From: Candidatus Microgenomates bacterium
GTDB taxonomy: Bacteria > Patescibacteriota > Microgenomatia > UBA8517
Reading direction: 5' to 3'
Length of the DNA stretch: 64,000 bases
Assembly (NCBI GenBank): GCA_049519355.1
Contig: JBEKQV010000002.1
Span: forward strand, 3,479 to 67,478
Below the pieces are notes generated by a model. That model did not search any database, was not told the DNA's origin, and was given only the letters and a program-made list of their open reading frames with translations. Shown in pieces: positions 1 to 11,250 of the stretch (the first letter of the stretch is position 1; each line of letters opens with the position of its first letter). The position numbers were made by a program, and so were the translations under genes.

Positions 1-51
1 TAACTTTCGTCCTTTTGGACTCGTCAGTAGGGACACACATCCCTAAAGTTA
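1..51 (-). ncRNA. Type III hammerhead ribozyme (stem III runs off the window edge)
   Basis: Minus strand reads UAAC-U-U-UAGGGAU-GUGU-GUCCCUA-CUGACGA-GUCC-AAAA-GGAC-GAAA-GUUA: full CUGANGA/GAAA core, three stems, CUU cleavage triplet (cut between 46 and 45). Confidence 0.85.
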
Positions 52-164
52 GGTGCTTCTCATCAATCTTTCTTGTTTTTGATGAAGGGTGTTAGCACCG
101 TATCCCTAATTTATTTCAGCACCTTAGCCAATATGAAACGGCTTCAGCCGATAAGAAATAGCAT

Positions 165-365
165 TTAGCCTATAGAGTCCTTGCCACACTTGCGGCAATG
201 CAAGTGATGATGCCTTCCGGGCGTGCTGCAGATAACGGAGTGGCCGTTGCCCATTCCCGTTATGCAGAAGCTCGTTCCACCGTTCTTATGAATAATTGCG
301 CCAGCGCAGGACGTGATTTTTACATTCGTGCTTTTGCAAGCCGGACATTGGAATGTTTTCTTCAT
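165..365 (-). CDS. Small Cys/His-rich (Zn-ribbon-like) orphan protein, 66 aa
   Basis: CPAC...CRKC plus extra Cys/His; ATG at 365 preceded by purine-rich RBS and own promoter. Confidence 0.7.
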   Translation of the reverse strand: MKKTFQCPACKSTNVKITSCAGAIIHKNGGTSFCITGMGNGHSVICSTPGRHHHLHCRKCGKDSIG

Positions 366-492
366 AACTACCCTCTTTCTTCCCAAATGGGAAACGAAAT
401 ATAATCTCTTAGTTTTTCACCAAGAGTTTGATTGATAATTGCCGACCTCACAGGCTAGGTATTAAGGACCGTTTGGTTAAAGTGCGTAAATG

Positions 493-521
493 ATTATAGG
501 TTGCAATACTGAGGAAGTCAA
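493..521 (-). promoter_or_regulatory. sigma70 promoter
   Basis: TTGACT-17bp-TATAAT. Confidence 0.75.
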
Positions 522-548
522 GGTTGTCATCCAGTTGTGTTTTTAACT

Positions 549-887
549 TTAGTCTGAAGCTAACCTATTCATGAACCAGGTGACTAAGGAGAGAAGAATT
601 GAGGCGAAGAAAGCCGTCCAGAAGTTGGCGATCTCAAACCCCGGTATAATTTTTGATGTTCCCCAAAGAAGAAGAACGTTAATAAGGAGTGCCGTTATTC
701 CCAGAGTCAAAATAGAAATGGGAAGGGTAATGAGTTGGAGAACGGGCCTTATTAAAGTGTTTACAATACCTATGGCTATTGCCGCAATGATTGCCGTCCA
801 GATACTCGCCAGGTGGAATCCCGGGACCAGATATTCGACGACGAAAAGCGCTACAACGCTAACAAGAAGTCTCCATATGAGTTTCAT
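549..887 (-). CDS. 4-TM phage holin family IV / YvlD-like membrane protein
   Basis: GIVNTLIRPVLQLITLPISILTLG motif, four hydrophobic segments. Confidence 0.85.
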   Translation of the reverse strand: MKLIWRLLVSVVALFVVEYLVPGFHLASIWTAIIAAIAIGIVNTLIRPVLQLITLPISILTLGITALLINVLLLWGTSKIIPGFEIANFWTAFFASILLSLVTWFMNRLASD

Positions 888-945
888 ATTCCAGTTTTAA
901 GTATTAATTTTTTTCCGACAAAAGTCAACAGAGAAGGAAATGTAC

Positions 946-3051
946 TTAAGCAACTGCTTTTTGGGAGCGGATGAGAGAGTAAACAACCAATCCTAAACCT
1001 ATCACAACAATTACCCAGTAAGTCGGACCAAAATTTTTAATTGTAATAATAACCGGTGCGATTAGAAGTGCCACCAAATTCATTACTTTAATTAACGGAT
1101 TGAGAGCGGGCCCAGAAGTATCCTTAAGAGGATCCCCTACTGTATCGCCAACCACTGCGGCTTTGTGTTCATCACTTCCCTTTCCACCAGCGGCGCCTGC
1201 CTCGATGGTCTTCTTTGCATTATCCCAAGACCCACCGGCATTGCTCATGAATACGGCCAAAAGCTGGCCTGTAAGGATTGTTCCTGCAAGATATCCTCCG
1301 AGGGCCTCAGCGTGGAGCATTACACCAACCAAAATGGGTACAACGATTGCGATTAAGGCCGGGCTGACAAGGGCTGAAATTGCTGCCTTGGTGGTTAAAT
1401 CGACCACTCTGGCATAATCCGGTTTTTGGGTTCCTTTCATTATTCCCGGCATTTCCTTGAATTGACGTCTTACTTCTTTAATTACGGCAAAACAAGAATC
1501 TGAAACTGCCTTAATAGTCAGACTTGAGAAGAGAAAAGGAAGTGCGCCGCCTATAAGGAAACCGACAAATACCAATGGTTGGGCAACGTTTATTCCGCTT
1601 AAGTGTGTGCTTTGTAAATAGGATTCAAACAAAGAAACAGCGGCAATGACTGCCGAGGCAATTGCGAAACCCTTGGTTGTGGCTTTAGTTGTGTTTCCGA
1701 TCGAGTCGAGTTTATTTAAAATTCCAAGAGCTTTACCTTTCATTGCGGCCAGCTCGCTAATTCCCTGTGCGTTATCCGAGATGGGTCCGTAAGAATCCAT
1801 GGAAACGATAAGACCGGTTGTTGTCAGCATTCCCATTCCGGCAAGAGCTACTCCGTAAGCAGCCATCAGTGGATTACTAAAAAGAAGGAAGGAAACAAGG
1901 ATTGTTGCTCCGATTGCCAAAACTGCCCACACAGTTGAGGAAAAACCGTTTGTAAGACCGCTTAAGATTACTGTGGCCGGACCCGTTTGGCTTTGTCTTA
2001 CAATTTCTTTTACTGGTTTGTGGTCCCCCGTTGCATAGTCCGTAAGAAGAAATATGGCCACTGCTAAAACTATTCCCAAGGTTGTGGCAACCGCCAATCT
2101 CCAGTCATGAGCAATATATATAGCAAGTCCAAAAAATCCGGCAATGGAAAATATACTTGCGACTCCGAAGCCCTTAAGAATTGCGTTCATTCCGTCCTTG
2201 ATTGAATTTTTGTTTTTGGGGTTAATTGAAAAGATTCCCAACATTGAAGTTACAATTCCGAGAGCTCTAACCGCCAAAGGAAAAAGAACCCCCGCGATTC
2301 CGAAAGTTGCGGCGCCCAAAATCATTGCGGCGACAAGAGTTACTTCGTATGACTCAAAAATATCTGCGGCCATTCCGGCACAATCTCCGACATTGTCCCC
2401 TACCTGGTCGGCTATCACGGCAGCATTTCTGGGATCATCTTCAGGAATGTCCTCCTCGACTTTTCCTACCAAATCAGCCCCGACATCAGCGGCTTTCGTA
2501 TAAATTCCTCCTCCCACCCTCATAAAAAGAGCTAATAAACTTCCCCCGAAACCGAATCCGACCAAGACTTCGGTTGCCTGTAATCCGTAGTGCCAATAGA
2601 TTAATGTTGCTCCCAAAAGCCCCAAACCTACCGTTAGCATTCCTGTTGTTGCGCCTGCTTTAAGTGCCAAAGAAAGGGCATCTCCGAAGCTTTTGGTTGC
2701 TGCCTGGGCTACTTTTACATTTGATCTTGTTGCAATATTCATTCCGATTGTACCGATTGTTGCCGAGAAGATTGCACCCATAAGAAAGGCTATGGTTCTT
2801 CCCAGAGCTGGAGATCCGGCGGGGGCGCTTATATAAAGGAATACTGCCAGAACTACAATTATGGGGGCAATTGTTTTGAATTGTCTTTTGAGGTATGCAT
2901 TGGCACCAGTTTGAACCGCTTTGCTTACCTCTTCCATTTTTTCATTGCCTTTTTCCTGACTTAGTGCGTATTTGGCTAACCCTAGGCCTACAAGGATTGC
3001 CGCGATGGCGGAAGTTAAAATGATTGTTAAGAACGAACCTGTTGCAAACAT
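946..3051 (-). CDS. hppA: Membrane-bound ion-pumping pyrophosphatase, K+-independent H+-type
   Basis: GGIYTKAADVGADLVGKVE, DNVGD, GNTTKA, GDTVGDPLKD motifs. Confidence 0.95.
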   Translation of the reverse strand: MFATGSFLTIILTSAIAAILVGLGLAKYALSQEKGNEKMEEVSKAVQTGANAYLKRQFKTIAPIIVVLAVFLYISAPAGSPALGRTIAFLMGAIFSATIGTIGMNIATRSNVKVAQAATKSFGDALSLALKAGATTGMLTVGLGLLGATLIYWHYGLQATEVLVGFGFGGSLLALFMRVGGGIYTKAADVGADLVGKVEEDIPEDDPRNAAVIADQVGDNVGDCAGMAADIFESYEVTLVAAMILGAATFGIAGVLFPLAVRALGIVTSMLGIFSINPKNKNSIKDGMNAILKGFGVASIFSIAGFFGLAIYIAHDWRLAVATTLGIVLAVAIFLLTDYATGDHKPVKEIVRQSQTGPATVILSGLTNGFSSTVWAVLAIGATILVSFLLFSNPLMAAYGVALAGMGMLTTTGLIVSMDSYGPISDNAQGISELAAMKGKALGILNKLDSIGNTTKATTKGFAIASAVIAAVSLFESYLQSTHLSGINVAQPLVFVGFLIGGALPFLFSSLTIKAVSDSCFAVIKEVRRQFKEMPGIMKGTQKPDYARVVDLTTKAAISALVSPALIAIVVPILVGVMLHAEALGGYLAGTILTGQLLAVFMSNAGGSWDNAKKTIEAGAAGGKGSDEHKAAVVGDTVGDPLKDTSGPALNPLIKVMNLVALLIAPVIITIKNFGPTYWVIVVIGLGLVVYSLIRSQKAVA

Positions 3052-3127
3052 CTTGTTATCAAACAAAAGGACTCGGTTTATTGAGTCCTAGGCATATTTT
3101 AGAAAGTGTATATAATTTGTCAATAAC

Positions 3128-3730
3128 ATGTTAACAATAACACCGGTCAAGGGAGAAGACGGAGACATTGTTTCCATGAAGCTTGTCCATGGTTGTAAGG
3201 TTACTCTTGTCGGGGAAAAGGATAAGGGGAAAATTATAGAAAACTGTGACGGTCTTGTCACAAATACTCCGGAGGTTTCATTAAGACTCTCTGCCGCGGA
3301 TTGTATCCCGGTTTCACTATACGACCCCATTACTAATAGTATTGGTCTTATACATGCCGGTTGGCGGGGACTATATAAGGGAGTAATCGACAGTGCAGTT
3401 TCTCTGATGGAGAAAAAGTTAAAAGTCAGATGTACCGGGTTGGTTGTTTTTATTGGTCCCTATATTTGTCAAAAACATTATGAAGTCAAAGACGATGTCT
3501 ACACGCTTTTTGCCGGTTATACCGAATCTTTGAAAAGAACCGGAAGAAAAACTTTTTTGGATTTAGGAGGAGTTGCAAAGAAACAACTAATAAATGCCGG
3601 AGTTAAACCGGAAAAAATCTTTTTTGATGGGCGTTGTACGTATGAGGACAGAAATTTATTTTCCTTTAGGAGGGGCGACGTCGGCAAATACATGTACTAT
3701 ATTCTAAAAATTCCCCGAAACTCCTCTTGA
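3128..3730 (+). CDS. pgeF: YfiH/PgeF (laccase-domain, purine nucleoside phosphorylase) family protein
   Basis: ADC, HAGWRG, IGPYI and FSFRR motifs. Confidence 0.85.
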   Translation: MLTITPVKGEDGDIVSMKLVHGCKVTLVGEKDKGKIIENCDGLVTNTPEVSLRLSAADCIPVSLYDPITNSIGLIHAGWRGLYKGVIDSAVSLMEKKLKVRCTGLVVFIGPYICQKHYEVKDDVYTLFAGYTESLKRTGRKTFLDLGGVAKKQLINAGVKPEKIFFDGRCTYEDRNLFSFRRGDVGKYMYYILKIPRNSS

Positions 3731-3783
3731 CAGAAGGTTTGTCATGACACAATACTGATATTAGAACCGGGGAGGTGAAAGTT

Positions 3784-3993
3784 ATGGCCAGATCAAAAAG
3801 AACGAGAAAAACTGCCAGAAGGGTAACTAGAAGGACAACTCAAAAGTACACTGCGGCCCACAACCTAAGCTTACTTATGATTATTCTTGCTTTAATAGTT
3901 TTTGCTTTAGCGGCTTACACAATGAGTCTGAGTAACAGTAATCAAACGCCGGCTCCTATTGTGACAACAACTCCTGCTTCCGTCTCAAAATAA
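3784..3993 (+). CDS. Small single-TM membrane protein
   Basis: GGAGGTG RBS before ATG, Arg-rich N-terminus, one TM. Confidence 0.65.
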   Translation: MARSKRTRKTARRVTRRTTQKYTAAHNLSLLMIILALIVFALAAYTMSLSNSNQTPAPIVTTTPASVSK

Positions 3994-4059
3994 TTATTTT
4001 CGGCAAGTTTGTTTTACCTATTGACAGGGTCTGAGAATGGGCTGAATATATATTTAAGT

Positions 4060-4779
4060 ATGGCTAAGTTAAACTCTTCCGCCAAAAAATCATTTTTGGT
4101 TATTCTTGTTATTTTTATTTCGGCAATAGTCATTGCAGGAGCTTATTATCTTGCCACTAATCAGTTTCTCTTCAGACCACATGCATCAAACGCGACCCAA
4201 AGTGCAACAGGCGTCCTTCTTAAAAGAGGAACAACGGCATTTGCACCTTGTGCTCCTCATGTAACGACGCCTTACGCTATGGCCGGAGGTGTAGCAACTC
4301 AGTTTGGAAATAACAGCGGTTGTTTGCCAATTATAGCCAACGCTTCCCTAGCGGATCCTTTTGTGGGGAAAAGAGTAACAATAAGCGGTGTATATCAGAT
4401 TACGGGTGTTCCAACATCACAACCAACCATCGGACCGGCTCAAACTGGTTCTAAAGGTAGTGAAAGTATAGTCGGCGGTAGTAATAATAAACTGACACCG
4501 GCTAATCAAGCGAACGGTGGTGGAATTTTCTATGCGACTACTATAGTTGACGCCTCCAACGTGGTTCCGCTTCCGGGTCCCAATCAACCGAAAATAACTC
4601 CAAAACCGGTTCCGACAGCTATACCTTGTGTAGGTTTGCACTCCGGTGCGGCTTGCGATCCTAAAGCAACAAGTCCTACACAAAAGTGTTGTGCGCCCGA
4701 TTCTTGTACAGGTGTTTGGAATGGAAAAACAGGGCAAACGACTAATTACACTTGCTTCTATGGTGTGAGGGCATTATAG
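4060..4779 (+). CDS. Membrane-anchored surface protein with C-terminal C-C-CC-C-C domain
   Basis: N-terminal TM, Pro/Thr linker, six-Cys tail, IVGGSN motif. Confidence 0.75.
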   Translation: MAKLNSSAKKSFLVILVIFISAIVIAGAYYLATNQFLFRPHASNATQSATGVLLKRGTTAFAPCAPHVTTPYAMAGGVATQFGNNSGCLPIIANASLADPFVGKRVTISGVYQITGVPTSQPTIGPAQTGSKGSESIVGGSNNKLTPANQANGGGIFYATTIVDASNVVPLPGPNQPKITPKPVPTAIPCVGLHSGAACDPKATSPTQKCCAPDSCTGVWNGKTGQTTNYTCFYGVRAL

Positions 4780-4795
4780 AGAACCCATAAGATAT

Positions 4796-5086
4796 ATGGC
4801 TAAAAAAACTGCTGAACTTAATTCAAGAAACTTATTAATAGTTGTTTTTTTGGTTTTGGTTTTGGTGGTTGTTGCCTACCTTTTGACTTCAGGCAAGTTA
4901 GCTCTTTATAAATCCGGTGCTTCCAGTGTTTACACAGTACCCAAGGCGGGAATAGTAGGTGGGTCGAACAACAGGGCGCAAATCGTTGGCGGATCGAATC
5001 TTAATATACAAGTTAAGGCGACTATTAAACCCATTGCCAAACCGACAATTGCTCCATCAAACGTAAAAAAAGCCACGGCTTATTAA
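4796..5086 (+). CDS. Small membrane-anchored protein with two IVGGSN motifs
   Basis: N-terminal TM, repeated motif. Confidence 0.7.
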   Translation: MAKKTAELNSRNLLIVVFLVLVLVVVAYLLTSGKLALYKSGASSVYTVPKAGIVGGSNNRAQIVGGSNLNIQVKATIKPIAKPTIAPSNVKKATAY

Positions 5087-5100
5087 TTTTTCTTTGAAGT

Positions 5101-7633
<2,533 letters not shown>

Positions 7634-7690
7634 TGAGGATATCAGTATCTGATTTTAGGTAGGAACTGTCAATATGTTTGGAGCGTACTC

Positions 7691-7729
7691 GATCCTGTCT
7701 GGGTTGTTTTGATTGTCCCAGACAGGATC
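7691..7729 (-). terminator. 13-bp perfect hairpin after the lipoprotein ORF (no U-tract; possibly a stabiliser rather than a terminator)
   Basis: GATCCTGTCTGGG/CCCAGACAGGATC with A-rich loop. Confidence 0.55.
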
Positions 7730-7737
7730 TTCGTTCT

Positions 7738-8178
7738 TTAGTGGCCTGTGACCTCGACTTGGTAATTGACCGGTTTGGTGTCGTAGGACAGTGAACAAAC
7801 GGAGGTTGCAACACCTCCTGTCACCAAAAGGGTGAAGGTCTTATCACTGTTCGGTCCGCTTACTTGTCCCTCATCTGGGTAACTATTAGTGTAGTAATAG
7901 TTACTTAGCTGCAGGGTCAGAATTCCGCCGTTGGTTGAAACCACTGGTGCCGTGTTCGTGTACACTGTGTAGGCGGTGGAAGTCGTTGTACCTAAAAACT
8001 GTTCAGGTCCAAAATGTATTTGTTCTGCCAGTGATGGGCAGTTGCTCAGATCGACCCGGTATGCCAGGGTCAGTTTAATCGCTGGCTGTTGCGCCGCGAC
8101 AGGTGCACCTCCGCAGGCGGAGAGCACGAACACCAGGCAAAGCGCGATCATTGCGATTCCGTACAGTTTCTTATTCAT
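7738..8178 (-). CDS. Orphan lipoprotein-like protein
   Basis: MNKK + hydrophobic core + LSA-C lipobox; AAGGAG RBS. Confidence 0.75.
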   Translation of the reverse strand: MNKKLYGIAMIALCLVFVLSACGGAPVAAQQPAIKLTLAYRVDLSNCPSLAEQIHFGPEQFLGTTTSTAYTVYTNTAPVVSTNGGILTLQLSNYYYTNSYPDEGQVSGPNSDKTFTLLVTGGVATSVCSLSYDTKPVNYQVEVTGH

Positions 8179-8256
8179 TCCGATCTCCTTTTTAGGTCTT
8201 TCAGGTATGAAAAGGTGTGCACTAGGCCAAATATTGATTTGTCCAAAGAACAAGCT

Positions 8257-8285
8257 ATTATAGGATATCCAAGGCTAAAAGTCAA
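8257..8285 (-). promoter_or_regulatory. sigma70 promoter
   Basis: TTGACT-17bp-TATAAT. Confidence 0.75.
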
Positions 8286-8451
8286 GTTTGTCATCAGCTT
8301 GCAGAAGATGTACGACGTTGGAATTATAGGGTAATGTTCAGATGAGATGATTTTAACATTTTGTCATTTTGCCGGTTGGACTTGCGAGAACGATGAAAAT
8401 TCGGCATAATAAGTTAGCCGTTGACTGTCAGTGGTTAACGGAAATATTTAT

Positions 8452-10188
8452 ATGCCCACTGCCCAGCCGGTTCAGTCTGATCAAAGTCTTCCAAACGGAA
8501 CTCTTGTTGATGTATTGGTTTCCATGGGGGCAATTGATGCCGCACGAGCCCAGCAGGTTAAAACTGCTGAAATTCAGAGCGGTTCTACCCAGGAAGATAT
8601 TATTAGAAAAGGGGCAATGGTTCCTGAGGATAAACTGGTTCAGGCAAAGGCACAACTTTATAATATTCCTTATGTTGATTTGGCAACGATACCCGTTGCA
8701 CCTGCAGCACTTTCGGCGCTTCCCTCGGAGGTTGCGGACCGCTTCAAGGTCTTTCCGGTAAGTGTTGATGCTAAAGATAAAAGCATGATCCTTGCCATGG
8801 CTGATCCTTTGGACCTTTCAGCGATTGAGTTTATCGAACAAAAGACGGGAATGCATATTAAACCCCGGGCGGCGCTTGCGTCTCAGATTGAAGATTTTAT
8901 ACGTACCCGCTATACAACTTCTTTGACTCAGGAGGTAACGGCGGCTCTTAAGGAAGTTGAGCCGGAAGAAAAAGAGGCGATTAGTCTTGAGACGGGCAGA
9001 GGGGGCTTTATTCGTGAAGAAAAAATCGCCCAGATAGTTAGCCAAATTCTGGATTTTGCCATCAAGTCGCGGGCATCCGATGTCCATATCGAACCTCAGG
9101 AAGGCAGTACCCGCGTGCGTTACCGCATAGACGGAATATTGCAAGAAAAGCTTTCAATTCCCAGGGAGCTCCACGACGCGCTTATTTCAAGAATTAAGAT
9201 ACTTAGCGGGATGAAGATAGATGAAAAAAGAATTCCGCAGGACGGAAGATTTAATTTTAAAGGGGAGGAAGAGGAGGTTGATCTGCGTATTTCATCCCTA
9301 CCGACGACATGGGGAGAAAAGATTGTTATGAGGCTTCTTAAAAAAAGCGGCGGAGTTCCAAGCCTTCTTGACCTGGGGCTAAGGGGCAGGGGTCTTAAGA
9401 ATCTTCAAGATTCGATTCTCAGGCCTCACGGAATAATTCTAATTTGCGGGCCCACTGGTTCCGGAAAAACTACCACTCTTTACTCCGTAATCTCTATGCT
9501 TAATACTTCCAAAGTTAATATTGTGACTTTGGAGGACCCTATCGAATATAAGATTCCAGGAGTAAATCAGGTACAGATTAATCCGGCGGTAGGGCTAACC
9601 TTTGCATCAGGACTAAGGTCTTTTCTTAGACAAGACCCAAATATTATTCTTGTCGGAGAAATTCGCGACCATGAAACTGCCGATTTGGCTATACAAGCGG
9701 CTTTGACGGGACACCTTGTTTTTTCAACACTTCATACAAATGACGCTTCAGGCGCTCTTCCGCGCCTTCTGGATATGGGTGCGGAGCCGTACCTTTTGGC
9801 ATCCAGTATGACTTGTATTGTTGCCCAAAGAGTTGTTAGGAAGATTCACGAGGATTGTAAAGAATCATATGTCCCCGATCCCAAAGTCGTAGCCGAAATG
9901 AAGACCGACTTGGGAAATCTCTGGCAACCGCAGGGAGAAGTTAAATTATTTAAAGGAAAGGGAGATCCCGATTGCGGCAACTCGGGTTACTACGGTAGAA
10001 TCGGAATTTTTGAAGTTCTTCCGGTTACGGAAAAAATCGGCAAGCTCATTCTGGAACGGTCTTCCGCCACCGATATCGACACCGAAGCCCGGGGTGAAGG
10101 AATGATTACTCTTAAGCAGGACGGTTATTTGAAAGCGGTTGAGGGAATAACAACGGTTGAGGAAGTTCTTAGGGTTGCCCAAGAGTAA
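8452..10188 (+). CDS. pilB: Type IV pilus assembly ATPase (PilB/GspE)
   Basis: ASDVHIEP, GPTGSGKTT, LRQDPN, TLHTN. Confidence 0.95.
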   Translation: MPTAQPVQSDQSLPNGTLVDVLVSMGAIDAARAQQVKTAEIQSGSTQEDIIRKGAMVPEDKLVQAKAQLYNIPYVDLATIPVAPAALSALPSEVADRFKVFPVSVDAKDKSMILAMADPLDLSAIEFIEQKTGMHIKPRAALASQIEDFIRTRYTTSLTQEVTAALKEVEPEEKEAISLETGRGGFIREEKIAQIVSQILDFAIKSRASDVHIEPQEGSTRVRYRIDGILQEKLSIPRELHDALISRIKILSGMKIDEKRIPQDGRFNFKGEEEEVDLRISSLPTTWGEKIVMRLLKKSGGVPSLLDLGLRGRGLKNLQDSILRPHGIILICGPTGSGKTTTLYSVISMLNTSKVNIVTLEDPIEYKIPGVNQVQINPAVGLTFASGLRSFLRQDPNIILVGEIRDHETADLAIQAALTGHLVFSTLHTNDASGALPRLLDMGAEPYLLASSMTCIVAQRVVRKIHEDCKESYVPDPKVVAEMKTDLGNLWQPQGEVKLFKGKGDPDCGNSGYYGRIGIFEVLPVTEKIGKLILERSSATDIDTEARGEGMITLKQDGYLKAVEGITTVEEVLRVAQE

Positions 10189-10194
10189 AAAAAT

Positions 10195-11250
10195 ATGGAT
10201 ATCAAACAACTGATGCAAAATGTAGTTGACGCCAAGGCCAGTGACCTGCATCTTATTACGGGAGTGCCTCCAATGCTTAGAATTGACGGTCAGCTCGCGC
10301 CTGTTCCGGGAATCGGCGTTTTAACCCCCGATGTTATCGGCGAACTTCTTAAAGAAGTTTTGTCCGCCGAGCAACTTGAGCGGCTTACCGTTAATAAAGA
10401 ACTTGATTTTTCTCTCCCCTTCTCCGATAAAGGCAGGTTTAGAATTAATGCTTACACCCAGAAAAATTCCCTCTCTGCAGCATTTAGGTTAATTCCTTTG
10501 ATTATTCCATCAATAGAATCGCTTGGCCTTCCCGCGCTTTTACATTCGTTTACTACCCTTAGACAGGGTTTTGTCCTGGTGACTGGCCCGACAGGTCACG
10601 GCAAGTCCACAACTTTGGCTGCTATGCTTCAGGAGATAAACCAGACCCGCGCGACTCATATAGTTACAATTGAAGATCCGATCGAGTTTGTTTTTAATCC
10701 GGTTAAGTCAATTATTTCTCAAAGAGAAATGCACGGAGATACCCATTCTTGGGAAATAGCTCTCCGGTCTGTTCTTAGAGAGGATCCTGATGTTGTCCTT
10801 GTGGGTGAGATGCGTGATTACGAAACAATAGCGGCTGCTCTGACTGTTGCCGAAACGGGACATCTGGTTTTTGCGACGCTTCATACCAACTCGGCTGCGC
10901 AGACTGTCGATAGGATTGTTGATGTCTTTCCCGAGGAACAGCAAGATCAAGTTAAACTTCAGTTAAGTAATGTTCTTGAGGCGGTGTTTTCCCAAAGATT
11001 AATTCCTTCGATCACAAAAGGTAGAGTTGTTGCATATGAGGTTATGTTGGGTACTACCGCGATAAAAACCGCAATCCGTGAAGGTAAAACTCATCAGATT
11101 GAAAGTATTTTGGAAACCTCGCAGGAGGCGGGAATGAGTACTTTGGAAAAATCCCTTGCCGATTTGGTGAAAAAGGGAATTGTGACTTTGGAAGTTGCAC
11201 AAGGTTGGTCGCTCCGCCCCGAAGAATTGACACGATTAGTTCGAAGTTAA
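10195..11250 (+). CDS. pilT: Type IV pilus retraction ATPase
   Basis: ASDLHL, GPTGHGKST, LREDPD, AIREGK. Confidence 0.95.
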   Translation: MDIKQLMQNVVDAKASDLHLITGVPPMLRIDGQLAPVPGIGVLTPDVIGELLKEVLSAEQLERLTVNKELDFSLPFSDKGRFRINAYTQKNSLSAAFRLIPLIIPSIESLGLPALLHSFTTLRQGFVLVTGPTGHGKSTTLAAMLQEINQTRATHIVTIEDPIEFVFNPVKSIISQREMHGDTHSWEIALRSVLREDPDVVLVGEMRDYETIAAALTVAETGHLVFATLHTNSAAQTVDRIVDVFPEEQQDQVKLQLSNVLEAVFSQRLIPSITKGRVVAYEVMLGTTAIKTAIREGKTHQIESILETSQEAGMSTLEKSLADLVKKGIVTLEVAQGWSLRPEELTRLVRS

